Origin: Prochlorococcus sp. AG-418-C09 | GTDB taxonomy: Bacteria > Cyanobacteriota > Cyanobacteriia > PCC-6307 > Cyanobiaceae | Direction of reading: 5' to 3' | Assembly: GCA_003214355.1 (NCBI GenBank) | Contig: QCLS01000001.1 | Location: 221,039-285,038 of the forward strand | Length of the DNA stretch: 64,000 bases | Part shown: one piece after another, positions 1 through 10,697 of the stretch | Numbering within the stretch: the first letter of the stretch is position 1 | Layout of the letters: every line of letters starts with the position of its first letter | The notes under the pieces: model-generated | Databases searched by the model: none | What the model was told of the DNA's origin: nothing | Seen by the model: the letters and a program-made list of their open reading frames with translations, nothing else | Position numbers and translations under genes: made by a program

Positions 1-2
1 GC

Positions 3-1574
3 AAAGAGATTGCAACTATAGCTGATATGCCTATGCCTCATCAATTGTGTGATCCTGAGGTAATAAGTCAAATTTATCCTGGTTTAGCAGGTGGTGTAGG
101 TAATTTCTTTAGCTTAAATTGGTTGGCTTTTTCTGATTTCCTTACCTTTAATGGAGGGCTTAATCCTACAACAGGAAGCCTATGGATGACTGATGTATCT
201 CACCATCATTTAGCTTTTGGTGTTATTGCTATTATTGGCGGTCATATGTACAGAACAAACTACGGAATTGGTCATAGTATGAAGCAAATCCTAGAAGCTC
301 ATCAAGGTGACCCTATTTTGTTCCCAGCGCCTAAAGGCCATCAAGGTTTATTTGAATTTATGGCTGAGAGCAGACATGCTCAACTTTCTGTCAATTTAGC
401 CGCACTAGGATCATTAAGCATTCTGATAGCTCACCATATGTATGCGATGCCACCGTACCCATATATTGCTACAGATTATATGACTGTACTCGGATTATTT
501 ACTCACCACATGTGGATAGGAGGACTATTTATAGTTGGAGCTGGGGCCCATGCAGGAATAGCGATGGTCAGAGATTATGATCCTGCTAAGCATATAGATA
601 ATGTTTTAGACAGAATATTAAAAGCAAGAGATGCAATCATAAGTCACCTTAATTGGGTTTGTATGTGGTTAGGATTTCATAGTTTTGGATTGTATATTCA
701 CAACGATACTATGAGAGCCTTAGGAAGACCTCAAGATATGTTTAGTGATACAGCAATACAACTGCAGCCATTTTTCGCTCAATGGGTTCAGAATATTCAA
801 GCATCAGCTGTTGGTACTTCAATATTGGCAGGAACCAGTGAAGCATTACCTCATAAGGCTTTAAGTGAAGTCTTCAATGGGAATTTAGTTGAAGTTGGAG
901 GAAAAGTTGCAATAGCACCTATTCAGCTTGGAACTGCAGATTTAATGATTCATCATATTCATGCTTTCCAGATTCATGTAACCGTTTTAATACTATTGAA
1001 GGGTGTTCTTTACGCAAGAAGTTCCAGGCTAATTCCTGATAAAGCATCTCTTGGTTTCAGATTTCCTTGTGATGGACCTGGTAGAGGTGGTACATGTCAG
1101 GTATCTTCATGGGACCATGTATTCCTTGCACTATTTTGGATGTATAACTGTTTATCAATTGTTATCTTCCACTTCTCATGGAAAATGCAAAGTGATGTTT
1201 GGGGTTTAACAGGAGGTAACTTTGCACAAAGTGCAATCACAATAAATGGTTGGCTCAGAGACTTCTTGTGGGCACAAGCAGCACAAGTTCTTACAAGTTA
1301 TGGTCAATCCATAAGTATGTATGGCCTCATGTTCTTGGGAGCACACTTTATTTGGGCATTTAGTCTAATGTTCTTATTTAGTGGTAGAGGTTATTGGCAA
1401 GAACTTTTTGAATCAATTGTTTGGGCACACAATAAATTAAAAGTTGCTCCCACCATACAACCAAGAGCCCTATCTATTACTCAAGGTAGAGCAGTTGGTG
1501 TTACTCACTTCCTAGTAGGTGGGATTGCAACAACCTGGGCATTCTTCCATGCTCGTCTTTTTGGCCTAGGCTAA
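3..1574 (+). CDS. psaA: Photosystem I P700 apoprotein A1, 5'-truncated by the window edge
   Basis: FX motif [12 protein letters not shown] and [22 protein letters not shown]. The frame is open upstream of ATG 27 to the window edge, so ATG 27 is internal. Confidence 0.99.
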   Translation, partial: KEIATIADMPMPHQLCDPEVISQIYPGLAGGVGNFFSLNWLAFSDFLTFNGGLNPTTGSLWMTDVSHHHLAFGVIAIIGGHMYRTNYGIGHSMKQILEAHQGDPILFPAPKGHQGLFEFMAESRHAQLSVNLAALGSLSILIAHHMYAMPPYPYIATDYMTVLGLFTHHMWIGGLFIVGAGAHAGIAMVRDYDPAKHIDNVLDRILKARDAIISHLNWVCMWLGFHSFGLYIHNDTMRALGRPQDMFSDTAIQLQPFFAQWVQNIQASAVGTSILAGTSEALPHKALSEVFNGNLVEVGGKVAIAPIQLGTADLMIHHIHAFQIHVTVLILLKGVLYARSSRLIPDKASLGFRFPCDGPGRGGTCQVSSWDHVFLALFWMYNCLSIVIFHFSWKMQSDVWGLTGGNFAQSAITINGWLRDFLWAQAAQVLTSYGQSISMYGLMFLGAHFIWAFSLMFLFSGRGYWQELFESIVWAHNKLKVAPTIQPRALSITQGRAVGVTHFLVGGIATTWAFFHARLFGLG

Positions 1575-1602
1575 TCAACCTGAACTTTTCCTTAATAATC
1601 TA

Positions 1603-3831
1603 ATGGCAACTAAATTTCCATCATTTAACCAGGGTCTAGCTCAGGACCCAACAACTAGAAGAATATGGTACGGAATAGCTACCGCTCATGATTTTGAAAG
1701 TCATGATGGTATGACTGAAGAAAAACTTTATCAAAAGCTATTTTCAACACATTTCGGACACTTAGCGATAATCGCTTTATGGGTTGCAGGCAATCTGTTT
1801 CATATCGCTTGGCAAGGTAATTTTGAGCAATGGGTTCTTGACCCACTTCATGTGCGTCCAATAGCACACGCAATATGGGATCCTCATTTTGGCACTGGTA
1901 TAACTGAAGCCATGACACAAGCTGGGGCTACCGGACCAGTTAACATAGCTTATTCCGGCTTGTATCATTGGTGGTACACCATAGGAATGAGAACAAATGA
2001 ACAATTATTCCAATCTTCAATATTTATGAGCATTCTTGCTTGTTGGAGTTTATTTGCGGGTTGGCTACATTTGCAACCAAAATTCAGACCTTCTCTAGCA
2101 TGGTTTAAAAATGCTGAAGCAAGATTAAATCATCACCTAGCTGTTCTTTTTGGGTTTAGTAGCATTGCATGGACTGGTCATCTCGTTCATGTTGCTATTC
2201 CTGAATCAAGGGGTCAGCATGTAGGCTGGGATAACTGGTTAACTGTCCTCCCTCATCCTGCTGGTTTAGCACCTTTCTTTACACTCAATTGGGGTGCTTA
2301 TGCCCAAAACCCTGATTCACTAGATGCAGTTTTTGGAACTACTCAAGGAGCTGGAACAGCTATTTTTACATTCTTGGGGGGTCTTCATCCACAAAGTGAA
2401 GCTATATGGTTAACTGATATTGCTCATCACCATATTGCAATAGGAACAGTGTTTATAATCGCTGGCCACATGTATAGAAATACTTTTGGCATAGGACATA
2501 GTTTAAAAGAAATTACAGAAGCTCATAACACTAGACATCCTAACGATCCTCACAAAGGTAGTTTTGGCATAAATCATGATGGTATTTATGAAACTGTTAA
2601 CAACTCACTTCATTTCCAACTTGGATTAGCCCTTGCCTCCTTGGGAGTTGCAACTTCTTTGGTTGCTCAACATATGGGAGCATTACCCTCATATGCCTTT
2701 ATAGCCAGAGATTACACTACTCAATCTGCACTTTATACTCATCATCAGTACATTGCGATGTTTTTGATGGTTGGGGCATTTGCTCATGGTGCAATATTCT
2801 TTGTTAGAGATTATGATCCTGAACTAAATAAAGATAATGTTTTAGCACGAGTACTAGGAACTAAAGAAGCACTTATTAGCCATTTAAGTTGGGTAACAAT
2901 GCTTTTAGGATTCCATACATTGGGTATTTATGTTCATAACGACGTTGTTGTTGCTTTTGGTAATCCAGAAAAACAAATTCTAATAGAACCTGTTTTTGCA
3001 CAATTTGTACAAGCAGCACAAGGAAAAATGATGTATGGCTTTAATGCCTTACTATCAGACCCAGCAAGTTCTGCCTCAATAGCAGCTAATTCGCTTCCAG
3101 GTAATCATTATTGGATGGATCTCATCAATAGACAAGATGCTTTAAGTGCGTTTCTGCCTATTGGACCTGCCGACTTCTTAGTGCACCATGCTATTGCGTT
3201 AGGTTTACATACAACAGCCCTAATTCTTATTAAAGGTGCTTTAGATGCAAGAGGAACTAAGTTAATTCCTGATAAAAAAGATCTAGGTTATGCATTCCCC
3301 TGTGATGGTCCTGGAAGAGGCGGTACCTGTGATAGTTCATCATGGGATGCAATGTATCTAGCAATGTTCTGGGCACTTAACTTAATAGCATGGGTAACTT
3401 TCTACTGGCACTGGAAGCATCTTGCAATTTGGCAAGGTAATGTTGCTCAATTCAATGAGTCAGGAACCTATTTAATGGGTTGGTTTAGAGACTATCTATG
3501 GTTAAATTCTGCCCAACTTATCAATGGATATAATCCATTTGGTGTCAATTCCTTATCTCCATGGGCCTGGATGTTCTTATTTGGTCATTTAGTATGGGCC
3601 ACAGGATTTATGTTCCTTATTTCTTGGAGAGGTTACTGGCAAGAGTTAATAGAAACTCTAGTTTGGGCTCATCAAAGAACACCCATAGCTAATCTTGTCG
3701 GTTGGAGAGACAAACCTGTTGCTCTCTCAATTGTTCAAGCTAGATTAGTAGGATTAGCTCACTTCACTATTGGAAACATACTGACCTTTGGTGCATTCGT
3801 TATTGCATCAACATCAGGAAAATTTGGATAA
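1603..3831 (+). CDS. psaB: Photosystem I P700 apoprotein A2
   Basis: [23 protein letters not shown]-terminus, [23 protein letters not shown]; 742 aa; follows psaA. Confidence 0.99.
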   Translation: MATKFPSFNQGLAQDPTTRRIWYGIATAHDFESHDGMTEEKLYQKLFSTHFGHLAIIALWVAGNLFHIAWQGNFEQWVLDPLHVRPIAHAIWDPHFGTGITEAMTQAGATGPVNIAYSGLYHWWYTIGMRTNEQLFQSSIFMSILACWSLFAGWLHLQPKFRPSLAWFKNAEARLNHHLAVLFGFSSIAWTGHLVHVAIPESRGQHVGWDNWLTVLPHPAGLAPFFTLNWGAYAQNPDSLDAVFGTTQGAGTAIFTFLGGLHPQSEAIWLTDIAHHHIAIGTVFIIAGHMYRNTFGIGHSLKEITEAHNTRHPNDPHKGSFGINHDGIYETVNNSLHFQLGLALASLGVATSLVAQHMGALPSYAFIARDYTTQSALYTHHQYIAMFLMVGAFAHGAIFFVRDYDPELNKDNVLARVLGTKEALISHLSWVTMLLGFHTLGIYVHNDVVVAFGNPEKQILIEPVFAQFVQAAQGKMMYGFNALLSDPASSASIAANSLPGNHYWMDLINRQDALSAFLPIGPADFLVHHAIALGLHTTALILIKGALDARGTKLIPDKKDLGYAFPCDGPGRGGTCDSSSWDAMYLAMFWALNLIAWVTFYWHWKHLAIWQGNVAQFNESGTYLMGWFRDYLWLNSAQLINGYNPFGVNSLSPWAWMFLFGHLVWATGFMFLISWRGYWQELIETLVWAHQRTPIANLVGWRDKPVALSIVQARLVGLAHFTIGNILTFGAFVIASTSGKFG

Positions 3832-3844
3832 AACTTCCTGAAAT

Positions 3845-3879
3845 AAAAAAAATCACCATTAATGTGGTGATTTTTTTTT
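3845..3879. terminator. Rho-independent terminator after psaB, bidirectional-looking
   Basis: A8-TCACCA / loop TTAATG / TGGTGA-T9, starting 14 nt after the psaB stop. Confidence 0.9.
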
Positions 3880-3936
3880 GCTTATTTGATCAATGTGAAT
3901 AGGTTAAAATTAAATAAATCAATGTCAGGTATCTAA

Positions 3937-4896
3937 ATGTTTGATATAAATCGTAAAATATCTATTGTTATTCCTGTCTATAACGAAAGTGAAAGTATTA
4001 GGTTTTTAATAGAGGAAATAATTGGAGTTATGCATTCCAATAATTATCTTTTTGAAGTAATTGTTGTTAATGATGGTTCTAATGACTTAACATTTCAGAC
4101 ATTAGAGGATTTATCTTTAGAAATTGATGAATTATTAGCAATACATCTTCGAAAGAACTATGGCCAAACAGCTGCTATGTCAGCAGGATTTGACAATACA
4201 TCTGGCGAAATCATCATCTGTTTAGATGGAGACTTACAAAATGATCCAAGAGATATACCAAAGTTAATATCAAATATAAATGAAGGCTTTGATTTGATAT
4301 GCGGTTGGAGGTATGAAAGAAAAGATAAATTAATCAATAGAAAAATACCTTCAAAAATAGCAAATCAATTAATTGGTTTAGTAACGGGGATAAAATTACA
4401 TGATTATGGATGTTCTCTTAAAGCCTTTAAAAAAGAAATTATTGATGACATAAAACTATATGGAGAACTTCACAGATTCCTCCCTGTTCTTGCAAATATT
4501 GAAGGCGCAAAAATTAAAGAGATTAAAGTTAATCATAGAAGTAGAAAGTACGGCTCAAGCAAATATGGAATAGATAGAACGTTTCGTGTATTAATGGATT
4601 TGCTAACCGTTTGGTTCATGAATAAATTCCTGACTAGGCCAATGTATGTTTTCGGATTTATTGGGATTGTAAGTATTTTAAGTAGTTTCTTAATTAGCTC
4701 ATACTTAATTGTCATAAAATTTCTAGGTGAAGATATTGGTGCCAGACCATTATTAATTTTTGCTTTAATACTGGGAATTGCAGGGGTTCAATTATTTAGT
4801 TTTGGTTTATTAGGTGAACTATTAATGAGAACATATCATGAAAGCCAAAATAGACCAATATATAGAATAAGAAAAGTTAGTCAGAGTAAAAAATAG
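3937..4896 (+). CDS. GT2 glycosyltransferase (ArnC/DPM1-like polyprenol-phosphate glycosyltransferase)
   Basis: IVIPVYNE, VNDGS, RKNYGQTAA, DGDLQNDP, DYGCSLKA motifs; two C-terminal TM helices. Confidence 0.93.
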   Translation: MFDINRKISIVIPVYNESESIRFLIEEIIGVMHSNNYLFEVIVVNDGSNDLTFQTLEDLSLEIDELLAIHLRKNYGQTAAMSAGFDNTSGEIIICLDGDLQNDPRDIPKLISNINEGFDLICGWRYERKDKLINRKIPSKIANQLIGLVTGIKLHDYGCSLKAFKKEIIDDIKLYGELHRFLPVLANIEGAKIKEIKVNHRSRKYGSSKYGIDRTFRVLMDLLTVWFMNKFLTRPMYVFGFIGIVSILSSFLISSYLIVIKFLGEDIGARPLLIFALILGIAGVQLFSFGLLGELLMRTYHESQNRPIYRIRKVSQSKK

Positions 4897-4919
4897 AAAT
4901 TACGACTTATAGAATTGAT

Positions 4920-5315
4920 TTATTTGAACTTACTTATTAGTTTTGCTGATATTTTTACAATATCGGAATCCATATCTTTTAAACCTATTTTCAAAAGTTT
5001 TAATGTAGATTTGTCGGATAATTCTGCTGCTATTTGTAAAGACCTTATTTTATCTTTTTTATTACCTTTGAAAAGAGTAAACATTTCTTTTCTTAAGTTA
5101 AGTTTGTTAAAAGATTGATCAATCTGAGAATGATTCTTATATTTGTTTTTACTGATTAGATTTATGCTTGAATTAGTTTTATCATGAACATTCTGAGATT
5201 CTATTAATAGATCATTTCTTGTATTTATAAATTTTCTAATTATTGATTTTCTTTTAAAAATCAATACAAAAATTAGAATTATGGCTATTAGAATTATGCT
5301 GAAAAAATTTAACAT
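4920..5315 (-). CDS. Conserved membrane-anchored protein with C-terminal HEAT-like helices
   Basis: N-terminal TM helix; C-terminal LKIGLKDMDSDIVKISA resembles a HEAT repeat. Confidence 0.7.
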   Translation of the reverse strand: MLNFFSIILIAIILIFVLIFKRKSIIRKFINTRNDLLIESQNVHDKTNSSINLISKNKYKNHSQIDQSFNKLNLRKEMFTLFKGNKKDKIRSLQIAAELSDKSTLKLLKIGLKDMDSDIVKISAKLISKFK

Positions 5316-5407
5316 ATAAAGAGTTGATAATTTTTATATCATCCAGTAATAAAATTAACATTATTTGTACAATTTTAACTAAAGTGTTTAAAGATGTTTA
5401 TTGAACT

Positions 5408-5524
5408 ATGTCATCTGAATTTGCTTCAACCTGGATACCTTCCGTCTTCGTACCTTTAATAGGTATTGCTACACCCGCTGTATTTATTGTACTAGTAGGT
5501 AGATTTATTACAGCTACTGAATAA
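5408..5524 (+). CDS. psaI: Photosystem I subunit VIII (not in the ORF track)
   Basis: Manual translation MSSEFASTWIPSVFVPLIGIATPAVFIVLVGRFITATE (38 aa); single TM helix with the PSVFVPL motif; directly upstream of psaL. Confidence 0.95.
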   Translation: MSSEFASTWIPSVFVPLIGIATPAVFIVLVGRFITATE

Positions 5525-5555
5525 AAACAATTAAAACTTACATCCAATATTTAAA

Positions 5556-6167
5556 ATGAGCGACTCTCAAAACCCAACATCAGATTCTACAGAATTACTT
5601 GGAGCTTCTCCAAAATTCTCAGAGAAATATATAGACCAATCTGTGCAACCAACAGATATTGGTATCGCAGAGCAATGGGCCGTTAAAACAGTTTCAGATC
5701 CTTGTGTAGGTAATTTAATGACCCCAGTCAATAGTGGATACTTTACTAAAGCATTCATTAACAACCTCCCTTTCTATAGAGAGGGAATATCGCCAAATTT
5801 CAGAGGTCTTGAAACTGGAGCAGCATTTGGTTATCTTCTTTATGGTCCTTTTACAATGACTGGGCCTTTACGTAATTCTGATTTTGCTCTAACTGCTGGA
5901 CTGCTTGCTGCTATTGGAGCAGTACATATATTAACAGCCCTTTTGGTTTTATATAATGCACCTGGAAAGTCGCCAAATGTTCAACCTCCAGACTGCACAG
6001 TAAATAATCCTCCATCAGATCTATTTACTAGATCAGGATGGGCTGATTTTACTAGCGGATTTTGGCTAGGTGGTTGCGGAGGAGCTGTATTCGCTTGGCT
6101 ACTGTGTGGTACTTTGCATCTTGATACTATAATGCCAATAATCAAGAATATCTGGACTGCAGGTTAA
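5556..6167 (+). CDS. psaL: Photosystem I subunit XI
   Basis: [38 protein letters not shown] motifs. Confidence 0.97.
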   Translation: MSDSQNPTSDSTELLGASPKFSEKYIDQSVQPTDIGIAEQWAVKTVSDPCVGNLMTPVNSGYFTKAFINNLPFYREGISPNFRGLETGAAFGYLLYGPFTMTGPLRNSDFALTAGLLAAIGAVHILTALLVLYNAPGKSPNVQPPDCTVNNPPSDLFTRSGWADFTSGFWLGGCGGAVFAWLLCGTLHLDTIMPIIKNIWTAG

Positions 6168-6193
6168 AAATATAAAAACCATAGGATAATTAA

Positions 6194-6982
6194 TTATCTT
6201 ATGGTTTTATTCCATTTGTATGACCTAGTTACTCTTCCTGCAGAAATTAATTGAGAAGAATAGTGAGATGATATTGGATCATTTATATCATTTAAGCTAT
6301 CCAGAGCAATTCCATTTCTACCATAATCCTTACCTGAAGAATGGAAATATAATCCATCCTTAAAATAGATTGCCACGTGATTACATTTCGAGTGAGTGCC
6401 AAAGAACAATAAGTCACCCATTTTTAAATTTTTGATATTTCCAGGGAAGTCAAATAAATGCTTGCAAAAATTCTTCATCTGATAAGAATCTCTTGGTATG
6501 AAGATTTTATGTCTAAGAAAGGCAGTCTGTATTAAACCAGAACAGTCATAATCAGGTCCTAGAGTACCTCCCCACAAATATCTATTTCTATTCATTGATT
6601 GATTTCTAATCCAGTCTAAGATCAAGGGTATTTGATGGTAGATATATTCTTCATTACAAACGAATAATTTTTCGCTAGCAATATCAAATTCTACAACATC
6701 TAAATCATATGTATTAAACCAGCAAATATAACCATCCTCAAAAAGTTGAACTAAAACTCTTGATTTATCCAACCAATTCTTTTTCTGATAGGGTCTCTCT
6801 ATAACTCTAAAGATTCTTTCTTTATCAACTTCAGTAATTAAATTGTTACCAAACTCTTGTTGAAAGCCTTTAATCCTTTTTTTTAACTTCCACCAAGAAT
6901 TACACAAAACATTATTGTTACTAGACAATATAATAGAATTCACAATAATTGTTCTCCTTAGATGTCTTTCTATTATTTTCAA
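6194..6982 (-). CDS. NlpC/P60 (C40) cell-wall peptidase; true start probably downstream of 6982
   Basis: YLWGG...DCSGL (catalytic Cys), GDLLFF, HVAIY (catalytic His). Confidence 0.88.
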   Translation of the reverse strand: MKIIERHLRRTIIVNSIILSSNNNVLCNSWWKLKKRIKGFQQEFGNNLITEVDKERIFRVIERPYQKKNWLDKSRVLVQLFEDGYICWFNTYDLDVVEFDIASEKLFVCNEEYIYHQIPLILDWIRNQSMNRNRYLWGGTLGPDYDCSGLIQTAFLRHKIFIPRDSYQMKNFCKHLFDFPGNIKNLKMGDLLFFGTHSKCNHVAIYFKDGLYFHSSGKDYGRNGIALDSLNDINDPISSHYSSQLISAGRVTRSYKWNKTIR

Positions 6983-6988
6983 GAAAAT

Positions 6989-7855
6989 ATGGGGATATTC
7001 TTGGAAAATACTCTACATAGATTAATAAATAACAAACGGGAATCTTTATTGCAAGACATATCAGTTACTTGGGTTAATTATCAAAGTAATGGGTTCTATC
7101 AAAAAGGATTTGGATGTGGCTTCAACAAAAATAAATCTATCTATCCTGCCAGCATAGTTAAATTAGTTTACGGCTTAGCTATCTATAAATGGATAGCTCA
7201 AGATAAATTAATTTTTAATCAGCAAATAGATAATGCGGTATATAAAATGTTACAGCATTCAAGCAACGATGCGACTAGTTTCGTTGTAGATATTTTAACT
7301 GGGACATCAAGCGGAACATCACTTGAAGGAGGAATCTGGGAGAACTGGAAATATCAAAGACAAATAATTAATGATTGGCTAAGAAGTACTAATTGGAATG
7401 AATTAAAAGGATTCAACTGCTGTCAAAAGACTTGGGAGGATGAGCCATATGGAAGAGAAAAGGACTTTTATGGTAATGGGAATGAGAATAGAAATATCAT
7501 GACAACTGAGGGGACCGGGAGATTATTTGAAGAAATTATGAAAAATATAAATTACGTTAAAGAAAACGTTAATTTAAAAAAGCATTTATCAAGAAATTTA
7601 AAAAAAGAATTTTATACCTCAGATCCAAATAATCAAGTGGAAGGTTTTCTAGGGGCAGGCCTGCCAGATTATGTACCTTTTTGGAGTAAAGCTGGATTAA
7701 TGTCTAAGGTTAGACATGACGCAGCATGGTGGACTAATAATGACTCTAGCCAAACCTTGTTAATTGTTTTTGGAAATAATACAGAATTCGTTCACGACAA
7801 CTCAATATTCCCAATTATTTCAAAAACTATATATGAATATACTCAAAATATTTAA
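6989..7855 (+). CDS. Class A beta-lactamase-like serine hydrolase (PBP-like)
   Basis: SxxK (ASIVK), SxN (SSND), KAG. ATG 6989 preferred over 6962, which overlaps the divergent NlpC frame. Confidence 0.85.
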   Translation: MGIFLENTLHRLINNKRESLLQDISVTWVNYQSNGFYQKGFGCGFNKNKSIYPASIVKLVYGLAIYKWIAQDKLIFNQQIDNAVYKMLQHSSNDATSFVVDILTGTSSGTSLEGGIWENWKYQRQIINDWLRSTNWNELKGFNCCQKTWEDEPYGREKDFYGNGNENRNIMTTEGTGRLFEEIMKNINYVKENVNLKKHLSRNLKKEFYTSDPNNQVEGFLGAGLPDYVPFWSKAGLMSKVRHDAAWWTNNDSSQTLLIVFGNNTEFVHDNSIFPIISKTIYEYTQNI

Positions 7856-7862
7856 ACAAATT

Positions 7863-8078
7863 TTAATTTAATTCTTCTTGATTTGTTTCTTCTATTGAAT
7901 CGTTAGTATATGCCTCGTAAGGTAGCATCATTATCTCATTTGAAATTGGTTCTTTGATGATCCACTCTTTGTATTCTGCTAAAAGACTATTTCTATCCTT
8001 GTGATTCATCTCATAAATACGTAAAGCAATATCTTTTAGAGTCTCTTTTATTAATATCTTTATATTGTTATGTTCCAT
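7863..8078 (-). CDS. Hypothetical protein, 71 aa
   Basis: ATG-started ORF filling the gap, 3 nt downstream of the recombinase-like gene on the same strand. Confidence 0.65.
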   Translation of the reverse strand: MEHNNIKILIKETLKDIALRIYEMNHKDRNSLLAEYKEWIIKEPISNEIMMLPYEAYTNDSIEETNQEELN

Positions 8079-8081
8079 AAT

Positions 8082-8702
8082 TTATTTAACTTCAGAATCT
8101 AAAATAACTCTCCTAATGGTTGACAAAGCAAGTCCTGTCTGAGATCTAATGGATCTATATGAATAACCCTCATTTCTGAGACGAAGTACTAGTTTCTCCT
8201 TAAGATCACTAATTTTTGGACGGCCGCCCAAATTATCACCGCTAATAAATCGATTGATATTAATTATTTTTCTTTTTTCATCAGAATTCTTTCTTTCTAA
8301 ACAATCTATCTCATTAAGAATATTAAGAACACAACTGATAATTTCTGATGAACTAGAGATTGAGAAAAAACCCGATAATGTTTTGATAGAAATACCCTTT
8401 TTCAAAAATTCGTTCATTTTAGTAATAAATTCATTTCTTGAACGAAATACAATATCTAATGAACTGATTACAAATTGATCTCCTGCAGATAAAGCATTCA
8501 ACGCCTTATTTAATTCCGGTTTAATTTCCTCATTAATACTTAAAGTTTCAGAAAAGATCATTTTACATCCATAATGTTTCAAGGCTTGAATCTGGGTATT
8601 TAATTCATCAATCTCTGTTTTTATTGATCTTGCATAGCCAATGATTATACCTTTAGATACTTTTTCAGAAAGTAATAATTTTCTTTTTATTTTTCTCTTC
8701 AT
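8082..8702 (-). CDS. Serine recombinase (resolvase/invertase) family protein with degenerate catalytic motif
   Basis: GYAR...Q...L...GC..IF.E, GD...LD..R and C-terminal GGRPK + HTH (GYSYRSIRSQTGLALSTIRR). Confidence 0.88.
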   Translation of the reverse strand: MKRKIKRKLLLSEKVSKGIIIGYARSIKTEIDELNTQIQALKHYGCKMIFSETLSINEEIKPELNKALNALSAGDQFVISSLDIVFRSRNEFITKMNEFLKKGISIKTLSGFFSISSSSEIISCVLNILNEIDCLERKNSDEKRKIININRFISGDNLGGRPKISDLKEKLVLRLRNEGYSYRSIRSQTGLALSTIRRVILDSEVK

Positions 8703-8992
8703 TATTTTTTCTATATGTTTTTAACTGTATCAAAGATATAAAAAAAGTACAGTTAATGAAACAATAAATACAAGTAATAAGTTATTTCTTAAAATTTTAA
8801 CTAGTTCTAATTACTTATATTTTAATAACGTTAGTTTAAGTGTTCTTATTTAATTATAAGAACACTAATAATACGCTCATAGTTTGACGAACTTTAATAT
8901 GAATATCGTTTATACAAAAGACTTTATTTAATAGAAGTTTTTTTCTTTTCTTTTCATCACTAATATAATTATTTAATACCGCAAATAAGACA

Positions 8993-9784
8993 ATGCACTT
9001 CTTAGGATTAATTTTGTTTGATATTGATGGAGTCATAAGGGACGTTGGGAATAGTTATAGACTTGCAGTCAAGAAAACAGTGTTGCATTTTTGTGGAGAA
9101 GAACCTTCCTATCAAGAAATTGATAACCTAAAAAATGAAGGGATATGGAATAATGATTGGGATTTAAGTCTTGAACTAATAAAAAGAAAAATAAATTCAA
9201 ACACTAATGACTTTAAAGTACCTAAAAAGCTTGAAATAGTAGAACTATTCGAAAGTCTATATTTTGGATGCCCATCAGATGAGGATTGTTCAAATTGGTC
9301 GGGTTTTATTAATAATGAGGAACTATTAGTAGATAGTGACCTTTTTAAAGAATTAAGCTCTAATCAAATTGGATGGGGATTTGTGAGTGGAGCAGAACTT
9401 CCATCTGCAAGATTTGTCTTAGAGAAGAGATTAAATCTCCATAAACCCCCGCTGATAGCAATGGGTGACGCTCCAGACAAACCTGATCCAGAAGGCTTGA
9501 TAATATTATCTGAAAGAATCCTACAAGAGAAGTTAGGTCCAAATACTCCAACCATTGCATACATTGGCGATACAGTTGCAGATGTAAATACAATTGTAAA
9601 TGCACGCAAAAAGATTAAGGATCAAAGATTTCTTAGTCTTGGAATTGCCCCACCCCACCTACACTTAAATTCAAGATCTAATGAGCGAGATTTATATGAA
9701 TCAAACCTCAAAGAGGCCGGAGCCGATTATATTATCCAATCAATTAACGATCTGAAATTACAATACAAAAAATTACTATCATAA
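8993..9784 (+). CDS. HAD-superfamily hydrolase (TIGR01548-like)
   Basis: FDIDGV motif I, KPDPEG, YIGDTVAD motif IV. Confidence 0.9.
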   Translation: MHFLGLILFDIDGVIRDVGNSYRLAVKKTVLHFCGEEPSYQEIDNLKNEGIWNNDWDLSLELIKRKINSNTNDFKVPKKLEIVELFESLYFGCPSDEDCSNWSGFINNEELLVDSDLFKELSSNQIGWGFVSGAELPSARFVLEKRLNLHKPPLIAMGDAPDKPDPEGLIILSERILQEKLGPNTPTIAYIGDTVADVNTIVNARKKIKDQRFLSLGIAPPHLHLNSRSNERDLYESNLKEAGADYIIQSINDLKLQYKKLLS

Positions 9785-9833
9785 TCAAATTTTATTATTG
9801 CTATTTTATAAATAAGGCGAAGAACTCATTGTA

Positions 9834-10223
9834 ATGATCAATATCTGGAAAAATTTATTTTGTATATTATTTATTTTACTAATAAATTTATATACTTTCG
9901 ATATTAATGCAATGACCAATACTAAATGGATTGAAGTGCCAAGAAGTGAATTTGGACAACAGTTTTGGGATAAGAACAGCATTCAAAATAATGTAGATGG
10001 GTCAATAAGGATTCAGAGTAAATTTATTGCTAATAGCGGAGATGTTGAAATTCAAGAAATTCTTTATACTATGGAAATAAATTGTAAAGAGAATACATAT
10101 CGAGATATTTCTACAGGATCAAAGAAATTATACGAATTGAAAAACAAAAATTCCAAATGGAATAATCCTAAAGGAGATAAATTAATAAATGGCGTAATTT
10201 ATCAGGTTTGTAGAGATAGATAA
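9834..10223 (+). CDS. Secreted hypothetical protein
   Basis: Signal-peptide-like N-terminus followed by a polar domain with two Cys. Confidence 0.7.
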   Translation: MINIWKNLFCILFILLINLYTFDINAMTNTKWIEVPRSEFGQQFWDKNSIQNNVDGSIRIQSKFIANSGDVEIQEILYTMEINCKENTYRDISTGSKKLYELKNKNSKWNNPKGDKLINGVIYQVCRDR

Positions 10224-10277
10224 ATAAATACATTACTAGATATCTTAAAATTCTCTAACGATACCAAATTTATAAAA

Positions 10278-10676
10278 TCAAGAATCAAGACCGAAGAATT
10301 GATTTCTAAGCAAATTTAATCTTTTTTGATTTACTCCAAAATCACCATCACCAACTCTGGACTCAGATCTTATTATGATTTTATTTTGATCTTCCAAATA
10401 AGTAACTTCTAAATCATCAATAAATTTTAGAAGCCTGCTCTCTACCTCAGCATGAATATAATCACCATCCATTTCAACGATATTAGTTCTTGGATTGTTT
10501 TCTATTATTGATTGGATATCTAATAAAGGCTCTTTAATATTTTTGACATCCCACTTCTCTAAAGCGCAATGAGAAGATACTTTACAGGGTGTGAGATCTA
10601 TATGAGAAGAATAAGAAGCTAATGGATTAAAAAAACCTAAGATGAAAATAAAAGTTGATAAAATTAAAATGTTCAT
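10278..10676 (-). CDS. DUF1499 family protein
   Basis: LTPC...HC, FIDDLE, IRSESRVGDGDFGVNQKR motifs. Confidence 0.85.
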   Translation of the reverse strand: MNILILSTFIFILGFFNPLASYSSHIDLTPCKVSSHCALEKWDVKNIKEPLLDIQSIIENNPRTNIVEMDGDYIHAEVESRLLKFIDDLEVTYLEDQNKIIIRSESRVGDGDFGVNQKRLNLLRNQFFGLDS

Positions 10677-10697
10677 AATCTAAAAATATCAATTCAA

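Noticed and set aside
1679-2004. Antisense ORFs in psaB (and similar shadows at 4533, 5567, 8254, 9360, 11752, 12967, 20163, 20623, 24631, 26877, 27155, 29837, 31940, 34579, 38953, 44741, 47132, 49227, 51700, 53646, 54046, 55290, 56366, 60019, 60329, 60986)
   Set aside because: They lie fully inside well-supported genes, in opposite or shifted frames, and show no motifs; expected codon-bias shadows.
1-6167. Photosystem I genes as a cyanophage-borne PSI cassette
   Set aside because: Host-type order (psaA-psaB, psaI-psaL) embedded among core genes, with psaD 45 kb away; no psaJF fusion and no phage genes.
8727-8740. NtcA site upstream of the recombinase-like gene
   Set aside because: GTA-N8-ATA does not match GTA-N8-TAC.
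9785-10697. Genomic island at the tRNA-Ser 3' end (also checked tRNA-Gln and tRNA-Arg)
   Set aside because: I saw no duplicated tRNA 3' fragment or arm-like repeats near these tRNAs, and the flanking genes look like conserved genes.
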